From contig JASTWF010000033.1 of the NCBI GenBank assembly GCA_030390025.1, forward strand, positions 1,180,001 to 1,244,000: DNA of 64,000 nt, written 5' to 3'. The first letter of the stretch is position 1, and every line of letters begins with the position of its first letter. The DNA comes from Squalus acanthias. Its lineage: Eukaryota. Both the position numbers and the translations under genes were made by a program. This document shows, piece by piece, positions 1 through 11,399 of the stretch. The notes beneath the pieces are model-generated. The model did no database searches. It worked only from the letters and a program-made list of their open reading frames with translations, and was not told where the DNA came from.

Positions 1-240
1 GTACAGCAAACAGTTAGGAAGGCGTTTGGCATGTTCGCCTTTATTGCAAGGGGGTTGGAGTACAAGAGTAGAGAAGTCTTCCTGCAATTGTTTGGGGCTT
101 TTAGACTTTAAGAGAATCAAGGGATATGGGGATTGGGCGGGAAAGTGCAGTTGAGGTGGAAGGTCAGCTATGATCTTATTGAATGGCGGAGCAGGCTCGA
201 AGGGCCGAATGTGCTACTCCTGCTCCTACTTCTTATGTTC
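1..240 (+). mobile_element. CR1-type LINE 3' fragment and tail
   Basis: RT C-terminal remnant followed by the CR1-family tail gaatggcggagcaggctcgaagggccgaat...cttatgttct seen many times in the window. Confidence 0.75.
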
Positions 241-2325
241 TTATCTCCTCTGGAGATCTTCCCACCATTGGCCGCCAATCTCATAATTCCCCAACCCCAC
301 ACAGCCCGCTTCTACGTCCTTCCCAAAATCCACAAAGAGGACTGCCCTGGTAGACCCATCGTTTCAGCCTGTTCTTGCCCCACGGAACTTATCTCTTCCT
401 ATCTCGACTCGATTTCTTCTCCCCTTGTCCAGTCTGTTCCCACCTACATCCGCGACTCTTCCAACGCCCTCCGCCACTTTTAACACCAGTTTCCAGTTTC
501 CTGGCCCAACCGCCTCCTTTTCACTATGGACGTACAATCCCTCTACACCTCCATCCCCCACCAGGATGGCCTAAGGGCGCTCCGCTTCTTCCTTGAACAG
601 AGGCCCAACAATTTCCTATCCACCAGCACCCTCCCCCGCCTGGCTGAACTTGTTCTCACATTGAACAATTTCTCCTTTGACTCCACTCACTTCCTCCAAA
701 TTAAAGGTGTTGCTATGGGAACCCGTATGGGTCCTAGCTGTGCCTGCCTTTTCGTGGGATATGTGGAACACTCTTTGTTCCAGTCCTACTCGGGTCCCCT
801 CCCTCACCTCTTTTTCCAGTATATTGATGACTGCATTGGTGCTGTTTCCTGCTCTCGCCCTGAACTAGTTAATTTCATTCACTTTGCTTCCAATTTCCAC
901 CCTTCCCTCACCTTCACATGGTCCATCTCCGACTCTTCCCTTCCCTTCCTCGACTTCTCCGTCTCCATCTCTGGGGATAGGTTATTGACAGACATTCACT
1001 ACAAGCCCACTGACTCTCACAGCTACCTGGACTACAGTTCCTCTCAGCCCGCCTCCTGTAAGGACTATATACCATTCTCCCAGTTTCTCTGCCTCTGCTG
1101 CAACTGCTCTGACGATGCCACCATTCATACCAGTGCTTCCGACATGTCTTCCTTTTTACTCAAGCGAGGATTCCCCTTCAATGTGGTTGACACTGCCCTT
1201 GACCGTGTCTGTTCTCTCTCCCGCAATTCTGCACTCACCCCATGCCCCTCCCTCCCGAAACCACGATAGAGTTCCCCTTGTCATCACTTTTCACCCTACC
1301 AGCCTGCATTTTCAACGGATCATTGTCTACGATTTCCGCCACCTCCAGCGTGATACCTCCACCAAACACATCTTCCCCTCACCTCCCCTTTCAGCATTCC
1401 GAAGGGACCGCTCCCTCCGCTACAACCTGGTCCACTCCTCTATCACCCTCAACACCCCTTCCTCTTCACCCGGCACCTTCCCGTGCAAGCGCAGGAGATG
1501 CAACACATGCCCTTATACCTTCCCCCTGTCCAAGGCCCGAAACTCCCCTTCCATGTGAAACAGCGATTTACTTGTACTTCTTGCAAGTTAGTACACTGTA
1601 TTCGCTACTCACGATGTGGTCGCCTCTGCAGTGGGGAGACCAAACGCAGATTGGGTGACCGCTTTGCGGAACACCTCCGTTCAGTCCGTAAGGGGGACCT
1701 CGAGCTTCCGGTCGCCTGTCACTTTAATTCTCCGCTCCACTCCCACTCAGACCTCACCGTCCTCGGCCTCTTGCATTGTTCCACTGAAGCTCAGCTTAAG
1801 CTCGAGGAACAGCACCTCATCTTTTGATTAGGCACTTTACAGCCTTCTGGACACAACATAGAGTTCAACAATTTCAGATCATAACCTCGGCCCCGATCAT
1901 ATATATTTTTTGTCCACACCTATTGTTTGTGTCTTCTTTTCTTCTCTCCCACATGGCAGCTGTCTTTCATTCTGCCAGTTGAATTTACACTTCATCTACA
2001 GCCATCCTTTTTTTCTTAACCTGTCCCATTACCATCTCCTTTTGTCTTGAATATTTATCAATGACTCTTAACATCTGCAGCCTTGTATCCTATCACAGAC
2101 CTTCCCTTTTGTTCTTTCATCCCCTACCCACTTTCCCAGCCCCTACACTTGCTGGAAAATCTGTTACATTCCCTCTTTTTTCCAGTTCTGACGAAATGTC
2201 ATCGACCTGAAACGTTAACTCTGTTTTGTCTCTTCACAGATGCTGCCTGACCTGCTGAGTATCTACAGCATTTTCTGTTTTTATTTCAGATTTCCAGCAT
2301 CTGCAGTATTTTCTTTCTGTATTGA
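241..2325 (+). mobile_element. Penelope-like retroelement (probably Neptune-type), copy 1, frameshifted: RT + GIY-YIG endonuclease + 3' tail
   Basis: ORFs 133-483 (FYVLPKIHK..PGRPIVS), 526-1269 (MDVQSLYTSI, GVAMGTRMGP, YIDD) and 1483-1827 (LVHCIRYSRCGRLCSGETKRRLGDRFAEH, GIY-YIG). Confidence 0.9.
2182..2223 (+). ncRNA. Minimal type I hammerhead ribozyme motif in the Penelope tail (one stem II mismatch)
   Basis: AGTT-CTGACGA-a-atgtc/atc/gacct-GAAA-CG-TT-AACT: core boxes CUGANGA and GAAA, stem I AGTT/AACT. Confidence 0.7.
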
Positions 2326-2430
2326 AGTATGGACTCTCCCTCAGTTAGCATTTCTTTCATTGTGAAAAACAAGGTCATCGGTTCATGAATGACGCTTAGA
2401 AAGCAGCATAAAAGTTGAACGAAATGCTCC

Positions 2431-2487
2431 CGCCAACGTGGGGCTCGAACCCACGACCCTGAGATTGACCGACTGAGCTCGCCGGGC
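2431..2487 (-). pseudogene. tRNA-Lys(CTT) pseudogene with the anticodon region deleted
   Basis: Matches the reverse complement of vertebrate tRNA-Lys-CTT but lacks ~16 nt spanning the anticodon and the 3' side of the D stem. Confidence 0.85.
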
Positions 2488-2942
2488 CTGACAAGCCCGC
2501 ACGTCCTTGTCACTGATTGCAGCCAGGCGCCTGGTGGCTCCGCCCCAGGGGTTTAACTTGTTCTGCAAACCATGAACCAGGTTCTCCTGAGTTCCAAGGT
2601 GTGTAAGGAAATCAAGCATCAAAAGCCCTTTCATTAACCACAGGGATTCAGGCAATTTTCGGATCGCAAAGCGCTTTCAATCCTTGTCAATATCTCTTGT
2701 CCATTTCCCTGTGTTTCCCGATTCTGTCTTACTCTCTGGCTCTGTTTACTCTGTGTGTGGCCACCTGCAGGGTGATTTTGAACGAATGCCTGTGCTTGTG
2801 TCTTGTGACATTAAATAAATGAGGAATTGTGGCGCTTCTCTCCCTGACACTGGGCAATCAGTGAGACAGTCTTTGAAGCAAGGGTCTGGTTATTGTGAAA
2901 CAGCAAAGAAAATATAAACGACGGGATTATCGGGAAGAACAG

Positions 2943-3015
2943 TGACCCCGCCGTGATTTGATTACGCAGTTCTGCTAATCTGCAGTCAAACGAGCTACCT
3001 TTGCGCCACGAGGTC
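2943..3015 (-). pseudogene. tRNA-Trp pseudogene (anticodon mutated to GCA)
   Basis: GACCTCGTGGCGCAA...AAATCACGGCGGGGTCA body with many substitutions and a damaged B box. Confidence 0.8.
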
Positions 3016-3462
3016 CAAAATGTAACCCGGGATGTTTGTATATATGCACGTTCCACAAACACTGTTTCATTTCTCCTGCCTTCTCCTGTTTCCTCAGTGT
3101 CATGCACAGAAGCGCCTGATGACCTGATTTATTTAAAGTAACAAGCAGACACAAACGCAGGTATTCGTTCAAAATCAACCCGCAGGTGGCCACACACAGA
3201 TTAAACAGAACCAGAGACACAGACAGAATCGGGAATCTCCGGGAAATAGACACGAGACATTGACGAGGACTGAAAGCGCTTTGCGATCAGAAAATTGGCT
3301 GAATCCCTGTGATTAATGAAAGGGCTTTTGATGCTTGATTTCCTTATACACCTTGGGTTTCTGGAGAACCTCGTTCGTGGTTTGCAGAACAAGTTAAACC
3401 CCTGGGGCGGAGCCACCAGGCGCCTGGCTGCAATCAGCGACAAGGACGGGCAACTACATCAG

Positions 3463-3536
3463 GCCCGCCTAGCTCAGTCGCTGGAGCATGCGACTCTTAA
3501 TCTGAGTGGTCGTGGGTTCAAGCCCCACGTTAGGCG
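3463..3536 (+). tRNA. tRNA-Lys(CTT), degenerate
   Basis: gcccgcctagctcagtcg...gactCTTaatct...ggttcaagccccacgttaggcg. Confidence 0.8.
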
Positions 3537-4079
3537 AGTGCTTTTCGTTCAACTTGTATGTTGCTTTCACGGAAAAGCATCATTCATTAACCGATAATCT
3601 TCTGTTGCACAATGAAAGAAATGGTAACTGAGCGAGAATCGACACTTAAATCATTTTATTTGTGCTTTGCATGTTAACTGTTACCCATATCTCATTTTAC
3701 ACAATGTACTTTAGGAGTCTGGTTTAAAATGTTCCAATGCTGATGACACCAGGAATCTGGGGCAACTTTTGTCATATTGAACATGACCGGTTATTTCGAC
3801 CGTGCACAGAAAATAGAATCATCAGTGAACATCAAATCACCATGGTGTTGACTTTCAGATTCAACGCAGTCAGATTAGGAATAAAGTGATAAAATTTTAA
3901 CAGTGAAAATTTGGAAGTAAGTGTTCCTCGTATTTGTGCCTTTAATTAAAGTTTGTGGCGTCTGACTCCCGTTCATGTCTCTGAATAAGAAAGGAGGGGC
4001 TTGACGTTGACCAGACTGCACTGCGCCTGATGATTGTGAGCTCAGCCTTTATATTGAGCGGCTTCTCGTCCGTTACTCG

Positions 4080-4155
4080 GCGTCAGCTTTAGCTCAGCGG
4101 TTGATTCTTTGTAAGTTCGAACGCTGTCTCACCGCGGGCGCTGCCTGTCGGTTTT
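4080..4155 (+). ncRNA. VTRNA: Vault RNA-like gene, copy 1 (short)
   Basis: gctttagctcagcggtt (A box, vault RNA 5' signature), gttcgaac (B box), ccgcgggcgct (vault RNA 3' signature), TTTT terminator; TATA-like tttatatt at 4048-4055 and tgacgt at ~4002. Confidence 0.75.
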
Positions 4156-4270
4156 ATTATAATTTTCAATCACCTTCTTCAACACAGAAACACATTGCAG
4201 CAGTGATTTTAATTTAGCAGTGTGAACTTTTTCGTGGGCACCTTTAAATGATTCAATAACCTAGTCCAAG

Positions 4271-4308
4271 CATCGCGAGCTACACGGTTTCGATTCTCGG
4301 TTAGGGAA
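4271..4308 (+). pseudogene. tRNA-Glu 3'-half remnant
   Basis: ggtttcgattctcggttagggaa resembles the T arm/acceptor end of tRNA-Glu; paralogues at 19493 and 22058. Confidence 0.55.
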
Positions 4309-5453
4309 TTAATTTTGATATTTCCGTTTTTAATTCATGAATTCGAAGTAATTTTATTTCATTAATAACATGCATCTAATGTGATAAAATAAGAACTGCT
4401 TTAATCACCATTAATGAACCGATAACTTTCTTTTGCAGAATGAAGCAAATGATAACATGTTTACTGAGGGACAGTCGAAACTTCAGTCATTTATTTTGCT
4501 CTTTGCATGTGCTGAACTGTTAAACAAATCTCATTTTACACATTGTATGTTAGGTGAATGGTTTAAAATGTTCATTGCTTGTGAGAGCAGGGGTCTGGGG
4601 TAACGTTTGTTAAATTTAACGGGGCCGGCTATTTCACAGAAAAAAAAGTATTCTCTGACATGATGTTTTCAGACCATTACACTGACCGATCTTTGTTAGG
4701 CCCCAAGTGGATGATCTGACACTTGCCCGCGTTGAACTCCATTAATCATTGTTCAGGGGGGATTTAATAGAGCTGATCAAAATTATGGGGGCAACAGTTT
4801 CCACTGGCAGGAGTGTCAGCAGGGCTATGGGGGAAGAGCAGCGGACTGGGACTAATTGGATAGCTCTTTCAAAGATGCTACATCAATTGCTCATTTTAAT
4901 CTGCGATTGATAGATTTTAGTTAAACAACCGTATTAAGGGATCATTGCAGTCAGTGAGACACTTCATAGTTGTTTCTATTATATTTAATCAACGCACTAC
5001 ATTTTCTTGAACACTGCAGGAATTGCTAACATGTTTTACGGATGACAGTCAAACTTTAATAACTTTTTATATAATCATAGAAAATTGCCAGTACCCCTGT
5101 TGTTAATGAAAGGGATTTTAATGGTTGAGTTCCTTATACACCTTGGAATTCTGGATAACTTGGTTCGTAGTTTGCAGAAACGCGGCTTCGATCTGCTGTT
5201 GTGAACCGAGGCAAAGCTGCAGGATCCTTGAATAATCTTTCGCAATTCAACTGAAAACAGCCGGAATGTGCAGCTTTTAGAGGGGCTTTCTGCACCGTCA
5301 GGGCTGGAAATGGGAGTGAGCGAGCGACACTAGTGTTTTGAGTGTGTACAGAACTCCACAGAGAAACACAAATGTGACAGGACTTTGTTACATTGAATAA
5401 CAAATGCGAATTGTCCCATTTTTCAACTATTTAATTGAACATCAATTACGAAA

Positions 5454-5526
5454 TGCTTCCGCCCGGTTTCGAACCGGGGAATTTTCGCGTGTTAGGCGAA
5501 AGTGATAACCACTACACTACGGAAAC
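5454..5526 (-). tRNA. tRNA-Val(AAC), few substitutions
   Basis: Reverse complement GTTTCCGTAGTGTAGTGGTTATCAC...CTAACAC...GGTTCGAAACCGGGCGGAAGCA, 73 nt. Confidence 0.88.
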
Positions 5527-5734
5527 GCTGTGCTGATTAGACGGCTTCTGTGCTAAATGTATGATTCCATAAAAAAAGTTATTAAAGTTTGACTGTCACC
5601 CGGCAAACATGTTAGCATTTCCTTCAGTGTGCAACACAATTTTTTCTGGGTTGATTAAAACAATAATTTTGAGTCTCACAGACTTCAATTGTCTTTTTCA
5701 GAACTGAATTCCCTGACTGGGAATCAAACCTGAT

Positions 5735-6900
5735 TGATTCCTATGATGATGGGGTTGTCCTATGAGGAGAGATTGCGTAGGGTGGGCCCAAATTCTCCAG
5801 AGTTCAGAAGAACGAGAGGTATTCTCATTGAAAGGTACAATTTTCTTGGAGGGCTTGGTAGGGTAGACGCTGTGTTTCCCCTGGTGGGAGAGTCTAGAAC
5901 TAGGGGTAGAGTCTCAGGATAAGGGGCCGGCCATTTGAGACTGAGATCAGATGACATTTCTTCACTCAGAGGTTTGTGATCCATTGGAATTCTCAAACTC
6001 AGAGGGCAGTGGATGCTCAGTCATTGAGTATATTCAAGGATTTGGTTGTCCTTTTACACGGAATACAGAAAGATAGCGTGCATGTACAGCAAGCAGTTAG
6101 GAAGGTGTCAGGCATGTTCGCCTTTATTGCAAGGGGGTTGGAGTACAAGAGTAAAGAAGTATTGCTGCAATTGTTCGTTGCTCTTGGACTTTAAGAGAAT
6201 CAAGTGATATGGAGACCGCACGGGAATTTGCAGTTGACGTAGAAGGTCAGTCATGATCTTATTCAGGTTCAGTGAGTGGGCGAGAACATGGCAGATGGAT
6301 AATAATGTGGATAAATGTGAAGTTATCCATTTTGGAAGAAAAAACAGAAAGGCAGAGTATTTCCTAAATGGTGAAAAATTGGGGAATGCAGATGCTTAAA
6401 GGGACCTTGTCCTTGTACCTGAGTCACTGAAAGTGAATGTGCAGGTGTAGCAACCATTCGGAAGGCCAATGGTATGCTGACCTTCATTACAAGAGGATTT
6501 GAGTACATGTGTAAAGAAGTCTTATTCCAATTATATAGGGCCTTGGTGAGATCAGACCTGGAGTATTGTGTACAATTTTGGTCTCCTTGCCTAAGTAAGG
6601 ATATACTTGCCATAGATGGAGTGCAACGAAGGTTCACGAGATTGAGTCCTGGGATGGCGGGACTGTCCTATGAGAAAAGATTGAGTAAACTAGGCCTGTA
6701 TTCACTTGATTTCAGAACAATGAGAGGGGATCTCATTGATGCATACAAAATTATTACAGGGCTTGATAGGGTGGATGCTGGGAGAATGTTTCCCTTGTCT
6801 GGGGAGTCTAGAACCAAGGGCCACAGCCTCAGGATAAAGGGAAGGCCATTCAGGAAATTTCTTCACACAGAGGATGGTGAATCTTTGGAATTCTCTTCCC
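5735..6900 (+). mobile_element. Mosaic of CR1 LINE RT C-terminal fragments
   Basis: ORFs 5734-5922, 5976-6194, 6474-6941 (LYRALVR..LEYCVQFWSP, RMRGDLI motifs). Confidence 0.8.
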
Positions 6901-6904
6901 CAGA

Positions 6905-9835
6905 TGGTGGTATGGTCCTTGGTGTATTTATTATTATTTAATTTAAAGTAAGTAAATGGAGTAAATTAAGGGTAGGACATGGCAGGGCAGTTCGGCTGCA
7001 TGGAGTGCTCCTCCTGTGCTATGGGGGAAGTCAGGGACACTTTAGATATCCAGGGAGAACACATATGCAGGAAGTGTCTCCAGCTGCATCGACTCGAAAC
7101 CGGCGTTTCGGAGCTGGAGCTGCGGCTGGAGTCACGGTGGAGCATCCGCGAAGCTGAGATCTTCGTGGATAGCACGTTTTTTGAGGTGGTCACACCGCAG
7201 GTATAGAGTGCACAGGCAGACAGTTAATGGGTGACCACCAGACAGAGTAAAAGTACTCGGAAGGTAGTGCAGGATTCCCCTGGGTCCATCTCCCTCTCCA
7301 ACAGATTTTCCGTTTTGGATACTGCTGGGGGAGAAGGTTTCTCAGGGGAATGCAGCAAGAGTCAAGTCCGTGTCACTACGAGTAGCTCAGCTGCACAGGA
7401 GGGGAGGAAATAGAGTTGGAGAGCAATAGTGACAGGGGATCCTATCCAAAGGGGAACAGGTGTGATTCCAGGTTGGTATGTTGCACCCTTGTGCCAGGGT
7501 CAAGGATATCACTGATCGGCAGCAGGGCATTCTGAAGGGGGAGGCGAACAGTCAGAGGTCGTGGTTCACATTGGTACCAACGACAAGGGTAGAAAGAGGG
7601 CTGAGGTCCTGCAACTGGAATTTAGGGAGCTAGGTAGCAGATTAAAAAGCAGGACCTCAAAGGTTGTAATCTCTGGATAACTGCCAGTGCCACATGCTAG
7701 TGAGTATTGGAATAGAAAGATAGATCAGATGAATGCGTGGCTTAAGAGTTGGTGCAGGAGGGAGGGCTTTAGTTTCCTGGATCACTGGGTCTGCTTCTGG
7801 GGAAGATGGGAGATGCACAAGTCAGACGGGTTGCATCTGAACAGGAACGGGACCAACATCCTTGCGGGAGGTTTGTTAGTACTTTTGGGGGCGGGGGGGG
7901 GGGGGGGGGGCGGTAAACTATCTTGGCAGGGAGATGGGATACGGTTGTGGAGCCATAGTAGGGGGTGATGCACAGCCAAATATAGTGGAAAAAACAAGTC
8001 AGCTTGGAAGGCAGAGCAAATATATAATGGCACAAGGGAGTATGGCAAGGCTGGATGGCATTTATTTAATGCAAGGAGTCTTGTGAGTAACGCAGATAAT
8101 TGAAGGTGTTGATGAACACATGTGAGTATGATATTGTTGCTAACACAGAGACATGGTCGAGGGAGGGGCAGGACTGGCAGCTCAATATTCCACGGTATAG
8201 AAACTTCAGGCGAGACAGAGGGGGGTGTAAAAGAGGAGGGGGTGTCGCAATATTAATCAAGGAGTCAATTATTGCTGCAAGGTGGGATGGTATCTTAGCA
8301 GATTCCTCTAATGAAGCCATATTGGTAGAACTGAACAGCAAAAAGGGGATAAACACTTTGCTGGGAGTGTACTATAGGCCCCCAAAAAGTCAGGGGGAGT
8401 TCGAGGAACAGATATGTAGGCAAATCTCAGAGAAGTGTAGAAATAATAGGGTAATAATAGTAGGGGATGTCAACTTCCCCAATATTAACTGAGATAGTCA
8501 GAGTGTGAAAGGCTTAGAGGGTGCGAAATTCTTAAAGAGCATCCAGGAGTGCTTTTTGTGCCAGCATGTAGAAAGTCCTACAAGAGAGGGGGTGGTACTG
8601 GACCTAATTCTAGGTATGTGGGTGAGGGTAGTGCAGTTGATGTAGTCTACATGGACTTCAGGAAGGCTTTTGAGAAAGTCCATCATGGGAGACTGGTCAA
8701 GAAGGTAAGATCCCATGGGATCGAGAGCAATTTGGCACATTGGATCCAAAATTGGGTTAGCGGCAGGAGGCAGAGTATCATGGTCGAAGGTTGTTTTTGT
8801 GGCTGGAAGCCTGTGTCCAGTGGTGTTCCACAGGGATCGATGCTGGGTCCTTTGCTGTTTGTAGTGTACATTAATGATTTAGATATGAATGTAGCAGGTA
8901 TGATCAGTAAGTTCGCAGAAGGCACGAAAATTGGTGAAGTGGTAAATAGCGAGGAGGGAAGCCTCAGGCTAGAGGACGATATAGACAGGATCGTTAGATG
9001 GGCAGAACAGTGGCAAATGGAATTTAACCCTGAAAAGTGTGAGGTGATGCATTTTGGGAGGACAAACAAGGCAAGGGAATATACAATGAATGGTAGGATG
9101 CTAGGAAGGACAGAGGATCAGAGGGACCTGTGTGTGCATGTTCTTAGATCCCTGAAGGCAGCAGGACAGGTAGATAAGGTGGTTAATAAGGCATATGGGA
9201 TACTTGCCTTCATTAGCCGAGGCATAGAATATTAGAGCAGGGAGGTTATGATGGTGCTGTACAAAATGTTAGTTAGGCCACAGCTGGAATACTGTGTACA
9301 GTTCTGGTCACCACGCTATGGGAGTGAAGTGATTGCATTGGAGAGGCTGCAGAGGAGAGTCACCAGGATGTTACCTGGGCTGGAGCGCTTCAGCCATGAA
9401 CAGAGACTGGACAGGTTGGGGTTGTTTTCCTTAGAGCAGAGAAGGCTGAGGGGGGACCTGATTGAGGTGTACAAAATTATGAGGGGCACAGATAGGTTAG
9501 ATAGAAAGGAACTTTTCCCCTTAGTTGCGGGGTCAATAACCAGGGGCCATAGTTTCAAGGTAAGGGGCAGGAGGTTCAGAGGGGATTTGAGGAAAAGCTT
9601 TTTCACCCAGAGGGTGGTTGGATTCTGGAACTCACTGCGTGAAAGGGTGGTAGAGGCAGGAAACCTCACAACATTCAAGAAGCATTTAGATGAGCACTTG
9701 AAACGCCATAGCATACAAGGCTACGGATCAAGTACTGGAAAATTGGATTAGAATAGACAGGGCTTGATGGCCGGCGCGGACACGGTGGGCCGAAGGGCGT
9801 CTTTCTGTGCTGTATAACTCTGTGACTCTATGACT
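6905..9835 (+). mobile_element. CR1 LINE with ORF1 (Cys motif, coiled coil, SGNH esterase-like) and ORF2 (AP endonuclease + RT); internal deletion near 8612
   Basis: 6979 MAGQ..CSSCAM..HICRKC; VHIGTND and DGLHLN esterase motifs; TETW, GVYYRPP, VGDxNFP endonuclease motifs; SGVPQGSMLGP; tail tgactctatgact. Confidence 0.9.
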
Positions 9836-11399
9836 GTTAGAGGGCAGTGGAGGCTCAGTCATTGGGAATATTCAAAACAGAAGTAGATAGATTTCTGACG
9901 AGTAAGGGCTTCAAGGGATATGGCGAAAAGGCCGATGAATGGAATTGAGGCAGAAGATAAGCCATGATCTCATTGAAAGGCGGAGCAGGTTCGAAGGTGC
10001 GAATGGCCTACTCCTGCTCCTATTACTTATGTTCTTATGTTTTAATGGCCCATTCCTGCTCCTGATTCTTATGCATCTTACGTAACAGGGTTAGGGAGTT
10101 GGGGTTCCAGACGTCATTGGGTCCCCATTTTAAAGTCCCCACATTGTAGTTTACAACAAAGCTCAGGTAGCTACACTGGGTTGAACCAGAGAATGGTGTG
10201 CAGTGAGAAGCTGGGGCAGGTAAATATGTGCTGCTGCAGCGGCACCAAGTGGTGACATAGAGATTTGCCATTACAATTCTGGACAGAGCAATTTATTACT
10301 GTAAAGTTGGCACAGAAGTGTAACAAAAAAGGGACAGGAAGTTTTGTAGCACGGAACTGGCGCAGATGAATTTTTTTTTTCTCCATATTATTGAATCGAT
10401 AAATATATGGAATGAGTGATAGAGTAATGTGATACATTTCAACATAAATAAAGTGCAGGTGGGGACATTGAGAGGATTTGGATATAATCATTCTTGCATA
10501 TTCTGGACATTGTGCCCGGGTACGAGAACTAAATCAAGCAGGTTATAGTTCCTCAACATATCAAGTAAATTTAATATAATTATTCCTGCCTCTCGTCAAA
10601 AGTCAATTCAAAGTGAATATGTGTCATAAACACGTGGGTATATATAAATCAATTTAATATTTACTTAATAGATGTTTCAAGCCCAGCAAAACACACAACA
10701 CTGAGCATAACAGCATGAGATCATGGGGCAACCTTAACTTACAGGATATAGTCGTTAACACATCCTGGGAACATGGCCATCCAACATCTCTGCCCCGAAC
10801 TGAATACAATACTCCAGCTGAGGCCTAACCAGGGCTTTGTATGGCTGCAGCATAACTTCTACCCCCTTGTATTCTAGTCCTCTCGATATAAAGGCCAGAA
10901 TTCCATTAGCCTTTTGGATTATTTTCTGTAACTTTCCATGATATTTTAATAATCTCTGTACATAGGCCCCCAAGTCTCTTTGGACAGCAAAGGGATGCAA
11001 AGAACATTGTGAAAAGCGAATACGAGAATAAGCCTGTGAAAAGTTTTTACGAGTATATTGTAATAAAGAGGGAAGCGAAGGAGAAAGTGGCCCCCTTAAA
11101 GACAGAGCCTTGTGATACTGTAATTGAAAATAAGGACATGGCAGACATGCTAAATAATTACTTAGTATCGGTCTTCATAGTAGAGGATAAATTACCAGAG
11201 ACACGAGGAAAATGAAAACTGAATCAAGGGGAGGGATTTTCTTGATTTAATATGAGGACTTCCAGCAGGCATTTGATAAGTTTTCACACAAGAAACTGTT
11301 AGCAAAACATTGATACTATATTAAATTAGTAACTGTTAATAATATATTACATTAATAACTTTAATTAGATACATCATAGTCTTAATTTTCTGTAAAGTT

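Noticed and set aside
2286..3597. Recurrent short ORFs such as MKGLLMLDFL... in several places
   Set aside because: Translations of duplicated tRNA flanks, with stops and frameshifts differing between copies
4655..4722. C/D box snoRNA-like pattern (atgatg...ctga...ggatga..ctga)
   Set aside because: Box C is imperfect and differs among paralogues, and the 3' half looks like an antisense CR1 RT fragment
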